In this document: piece after piece, positions 56,901-62,900 of the stretch
Layout: each line of letters opens with the position of its first letter
How positions within the stretch are numbered: position 1 is the first letter of the stretch
Assembly: GCA_035084275.1 (NCBI GenBank)
Contig: CM068747.1
Span: forward strand, 23,374,001 to 23,438,000
Length of the DNA: 64,000 nt
Direction of reading: 5' to 3'
Origin: Hydrolagus colliei
Taxonomy: Eukaryota
The notes under the pieces: generated by a model
Seen by the model: the letters and a program-made list of their open reading frames with translations, nothing else
The model's database searches: none
What the model was told of the DNA's origin: nothing
Translations under genes and position numbers: made by a program

Positions 56901-59900
56901 GGGATTTTGAGGCCAGCCTTGAAGGAGGCAAGGGAGGGAGCAAGGCGAAGGGACAAGGTGTTATAAAGACACAAGGCGTTAAAATGGATTTCCTTTCCTG
57001 AAATATATGCATTTGTTTCCTTTTAACTATTGCAGAAGGGCCAGAAATCGATCTTGATGTTGTGCTGAGAAGTTCAATAACCGCAAAAGCGGGCGAAGAT
57101 GTGGAGATCATGATACCCTTCAAAGGACGTCCTACCCCAAATGTCACATGGAGGAAGGGTGAGAAACTGATCAACGGTGATGAGAAATACATCATCCACA
57201 ACACTGAGTCAACCACGTTCCTGACTATTCCTCAGGTCCATCGTGAAGATTCAGGCAAATATGTTTTGACAATTGAAAATGGTGTTGGTGAAGCCAAATC
57301 AACTTTTGTGACTGTAAAGGTCCTTGACACACCTGGGGCTTGTCAGAACATACAGATCAAGCATGTGACCCGAAGCACCATCACATTAATCTGGGACCCT
57401 CCTCTTGTTAACGGTGGTTCTCAAGTTAGTAATTATGTCATCGAGAAAAGAGATGCAACAAAGAGAGCCTGGTCTTGTGTCACTACCAAATGCTGTGCAA
57501 CCATGTTCAAGATTACCAAGCTGTCAGAGAAGACTTCTTTCTTCTTCCGAGTGCTGGCGGAGAACGAGAACGGTTTGGGTGTCCCGTGTGAGACAACGGA
57601 ACCAGTGAAAGCCACTGAAGTGCCTGGACCCGTCAAAGACATCGCGATGAAGGATTCCACAAAGACATCTGTCATATTGCAATGGAACAAACCTGATTAT
57701 GACGGAGGAAGTATCATTTCAGAGTACGTCATCGAAAAGAAACTGAAAGACGAGAAAGAATGGTCCAGTGCAGGAATTTGCAAAGTTTGCGAATTTGAAG
57801 TCACTAAGTTAAAGGAGCTAACAATCATGGATTTCCGAGTATTCGCTAAAAACGAAAAAGGATTAAGTGACAGTGTTTCAATTGGACCCATTACAGTGAA
57901 AGATTATGTTATCACACCTGAAGCAGATTTATCTGATATTCCAGGAGGACAGATTAGTGTCAGAATTGGACACAATGTCCACATTGAACTGCCCTATAAG
58001 GGTAAACCACGTCCGAGTATCCACTGGCTGAAGGATAATATTCCGCTCAAAGAAACCGAGTTTATTCGCTACAAGAAAACAGAAGCCAAAGCTACTCTAA
58101 ATATCAAGAACGTCAAGAAAGAGCATGGTGGGAAATACACCATCATCTTGGACAATAATGTTTCCAGAAAGACATTCACCATCACTGTTATTACTCTGGG
58201 TCCTCCATCCAAGCCGAAGGGACCAGTGAAATTTGATGAAGTGAAAGCAGACAGTGTCATCATTTCCTGGGATGTCCCTGATGATGATGGAGGAAGTGAG
58301 ATCACTTGCTACAGCGTTGAGAAGCGTGAAACCTCGCAAACCACCTGGAAAATGGTTTGCTCCAGTGTCATCAGAACAACCTTTAAGGTTCCAAACCTAG
58401 TCAAAGACTTAGAGTACCAGTTCAGAATCCGAGCTGAAAACAGATATGGAATAAGTCCACCCCTTAATTCAATGGATATTATCGCAAAACACCAGTTCAG
58501 ACCTCCAGGTCCTCCTGGCAAACCTGTTGTGTACAACATTACCTGCGATGGTATGACAATCACATGGGATGCACCAGTGTACGACGGTGGTTCTGAAGTT
58601 ATTGGGTATCATGTTGAGAAGAAAGAAAGGAACAGCATCTTGTGGCAGAAGGTCAATACAGCGTACATTTCTGGCCGAGATTATAGAATTACAGGACTCA
58701 TCGAGGGTCTGGATTACCAGTTCCGTGTTTATGCTGAAAATAGTGTTGGGTTAAGTCCAGTCAGTGAATTGAGTAAAATACATCTGGCTGTCTCACCAGT
58801 TGGTAAGTAATCGATTATTGCAAATTATAAGTGTGGAATAAAATCCTCATATTTAATTCTAATTTTACCAAAACATTACAAAATTAATAATGCCTATTCT
58901 TTTGTACAGATCCACCTGGTACACCTGACTATATCGATCTCACAAGGGATACTGTAACACTCAAGTGGGATGCCCCACTACGTGATGGCGGAAGTAAAAT
59001 TGTGGGCTATAGTGTCGAAAAACGACAAGCAAGTGGACGTTGGCTTCGGTGCAATTTTGTGGATGTTTCCGAGTGCCACTATACAGTCTCAGGCCTTAGC
59101 CCTGGTGACCGATATGAATTCCGTATAATCGCGAGAAACGCTGTAGGAACAATCAGCCCACCTTCTCAGTCATCTGGATACATCATGACTAGAGATGAAA
59201 GCAGTAAGTGCTAAAACAAAACAAAATAAAAATGATATGACATGCCTGCCATAGAGTATTTCTGTAAACAATTATTTCTTGGCATTGTTTTGTTCATATA
59301 CCTTATCATTGTAACTTTTTCGACTTCCTCTTTGCAGTACCGCCAACGATTGAATTCGGTGCTGAGCACTTTGAAGGCCTGACTGTAAAATCGGGTGAGG
59401 CAATTCGATTGAAGGTGCATATCAAAGGCCGTCCATTACCCCAGGTTACCTGGTTCAAAGATGGGAAAGAAATTGACAAGAGGTTGATGATAGACATCAC
59501 TAATGTTATTGGATCTAGCAGTGTCTTCGTCAGAGATGCCACACGGGATCATCGTGGTATATACTCTGTGGAAGCCAAGAATGCATCTGGCAGCAGGAGG
59601 GCTGACATTAATGTCAGAGTTCAAGGTATTTGGAGGAATTTGACTTTCATATCTGCTTTTATTCATCAATCTTTCACATAAGTATGATAACGTGTCAGCC
59701 TGGCTCAGTTTTCACCTCTGTCAAAAAGTTGTGGGTTCAGGCCTCACATCGGGACTTTGAGCTCAAAGTCTAGTTAAAAATCCCAAGGCACTATTTGAGA
59801 AAGAGAACAGAGTTAGTTTCTATTGTACCGGTAAAATGCCCTGCTTACATTGATCATTCACTTCATGGCTGTTTGTGGGACATGGTGCAGTACAAGTTGG

Positions 59901-62900
59901 CTGTCACATTTCACACGCGCGCACACTTTACAATATATTCTGTCAATTACACAATAATAAAATTAATAATTTCAATCCACGACTGTTTGTGGTACACTGC
60001 TGTGTGCAATTGGCTGCCACGTTTTGCCCACAAATATACAGTCAATTCACTTTACAGTGTATTCGGTGAAGCGCTTTGAGACGTCTAGAAGATGTGATAA
60101 GGCGCTAAATGAAATGCAAGGATTATTATTATTACGTTCGCCTGCAAAGAAGATCACTTAATCCTCCGGTAAAATCCTGTGATGTGTTTCAAAATGTGTT
60201 GATGATGATGATGATCAGTAACAATGCAAGCATGTAAGATATCTTAGACACTACTTAACTAAACTAGATGATTCACAAATTTAATTGGATTTCAGACACC
60301 CCAGGTCAACCAGTTGGACCTATCCGATTCAGCAATATTACTGGAGAAAAACTCACCTTGTGGTGGGAGCCCCCAGAAAATGATGGCTGTGCTGCAATTA
60401 CTCACTATGTGATCGAGAAACGAGAGACAAGCCGAATTGCTTGGGCAATGGTCTCTGATAAATGTGAAGCCTGCTCAATCTCAGTTACTAAACTAATCAG
60501 GGGCAACGAGTACCAGTTCCGTATATCCAGTGTCAACAAATTTGGTGTGGGAAGAACATTGGATTCTGAATCAGTTATTGCACAGATACAATACAGTAAG
60601 TTTTATTTTCTTTCAATTTGACATTGATTATTTCTCCGCCCTCCCCTCCCACTTTTTCGTCTGCTTCAGTCGAGCCTAATTCATTAACGTTTCTATTTTC
60701 ACAGCTGCACCTGATGCTCCAGGCACTCCAGAACCAACCCATGTAACAGGAGACAGTATCACAGTGACTTGGTCCAGACCACAATTTGATGGAAGAAATG
60801 AAATCAAACAATACATCCTTGAACGGCGTGAGAAAAAGAGCATGCGGTGGGTCAAAGTGTTCAGCAAGAGAGAGATCACAGAAACCAGGTTCAGATCAAC
60901 CGGACTGACTGAAGGGAATGAATATGAGTTCCGTGTCACAGCTGAAAATGATGCTGGATGTGGAACCCCAAGCGATATCTCAAGACTTGTTAAATGCAAA
61001 GAACCAGTTAATCCACCAGGCGCACCTACAGTTGTCAGAGTCACAGACACAACAAAGACAACCGTTAGCTTGGAATGGGCCGTGCCCGTGTTTGACGGGG
61101 GTATGCGGATCATTGGGTACATCATTGAAATGAGCAAAACCGCTCTTGGCACTTGGAATAAGGTGAATGCAGAGGCGTGTGTCAACACTAAGTACACTGT
61201 TACTGAGTTGGAAGCTGGGGAAGAGTACAAATTCCGTGTCTGTGCTGTCAATGGTGCAGGCAAAGGAGATACCTGCGAAGTTGCGTCCGCGGTGCAAGCT
61301 GTAGATAGGTTAACGTCACCTGAAATTGATATCGATGCTAGTTTCAAGCAAATCCACATTGTCAAAGCTGGAGGCACAGTTCAACTGAGCATCGCCTTCC
61401 AAGGCAGACCAGTTCCTGTTGCTACTTGGACCAAGGCCGATTCATCCATCGGGCTGCACGCTCACATTAACACAACTGACACATGCAGCATCTTAAACAT
61501 AGAGAACTGCAACAGGTACGATGCTGGAAAATACACACTTAGTTTGGAAAACAATAGCGGCAGCAAATCTATTACATTCACTGTCAAGGTACTAGACACC
61601 CCTGGAGCTCCGGGTCCAATCAACTTGAAAGACGTGACAAGAGGATCAGTGACGTTGATGTGGGATGCTCCCATTACTGACGGAGGCTCACGCATTCGCC
61701 ACTACGTTGTAGAGAAGCACGAAGCCAGCCGGCGTAGCTGGCAAGAAATCAGTGGCAAGTGCTCTCGACAGATCCTGAAGGTAGGAGACCTTGCCGAAGG
61801 GATGCAATACTACTTCCGTGTCATGGCAGTGAATGAATACGGCGTTGGCGAGCCTTATGAAATGGCAGAGCCCATCATTGCCACAGAGGAGCCGGCACCA
61901 CCAAAGAGACTGGATATCGTTGACACCGGCAAGACCTCGGCCGACTTGGCCTGGATGAAACCAGAGCACGACGGTGGAAGTCGAATTACTGGCTACTTGA
62001 TACAGATGAAGCAAAAGGGCGCCGATCACTGGGTTGAAGCCGGTAAAACCAAACTCCTTTATATTACAATTGATGGACTGGTAGAGAACACAGAGTATGA
62101 ATTCCGTGTCCAGGCCAAGAACGATGCCGGTTACAGTGAACCAAGAGAGGCCTTTACATCTGTTATTATTAAAGAACCACAGATAGAGCCTAAAGCAGAT
62201 CTCACCGGAATCACCAATCAAACAATCACTTGCAAAACCGGAAGTTCCTTTACCATCGACGTTCCTATCAGTGGACGCCCAACACCCAAGGTAATTTGGA
62301 AACTCGAGGAGATGAGACTTAAAGAAAGCGATAGAGTCAGCATCAAGACAACAAAAGAGAGGACAACTCTGAGCATGAAGGAAAGTATGAGAGGCGACTC
62401 TGGCAAATATTACTTAACACTGGAAAACACAGCAGGAGTCAAGACCTTTGCCGTGACTGTTAATGTTATTGGCCGACCAGGTTCTGTTATAGGCCCCATA
62501 GAAATCTCATCGGTTTCTGCCGATTCCTGCGTATTGTCATGGAAAGAGACTGAAGATGATGGTGGCTCTGAAATCACCAACTATATTGTAGAAAAACGTG
62601 AATCGGGTAGTACAGTCTGGCAGCTGGTCAACTCCAGCGTGAAACGCACTCAAATTAAAGTCTCCCATTTGACGAAATACATGGAGTACAACTTCCGTGT
62701 CTCTGCAGAGAACAGATTTGGTGTCAGCAAACCATTAGAATCAGCTCCTGTGGTTGCTGAGCATCCATATGGTAAGTTGTATTAAAAAAAAATGCCTTTT
62801 GAATTCAAATATGCAATAAATGTTTAGGCGCATGCTTTAGAATGGATTACAAATTAAGAATGATTCCTTTTTTTGTACAAACTGCAGTTCCACCAAGTGC

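Noticed and set aside
230-60133. Recurrent ~60-nt motifs resembling a CRISPR repeat or an intronic snoRNA/ncRNA family
   Set aside because: Dispersed, in both orientations, variably truncated, ending in (TTG)n or (ATT)n and contiguous with LINE/SINE bodies; these are retroposon tails.
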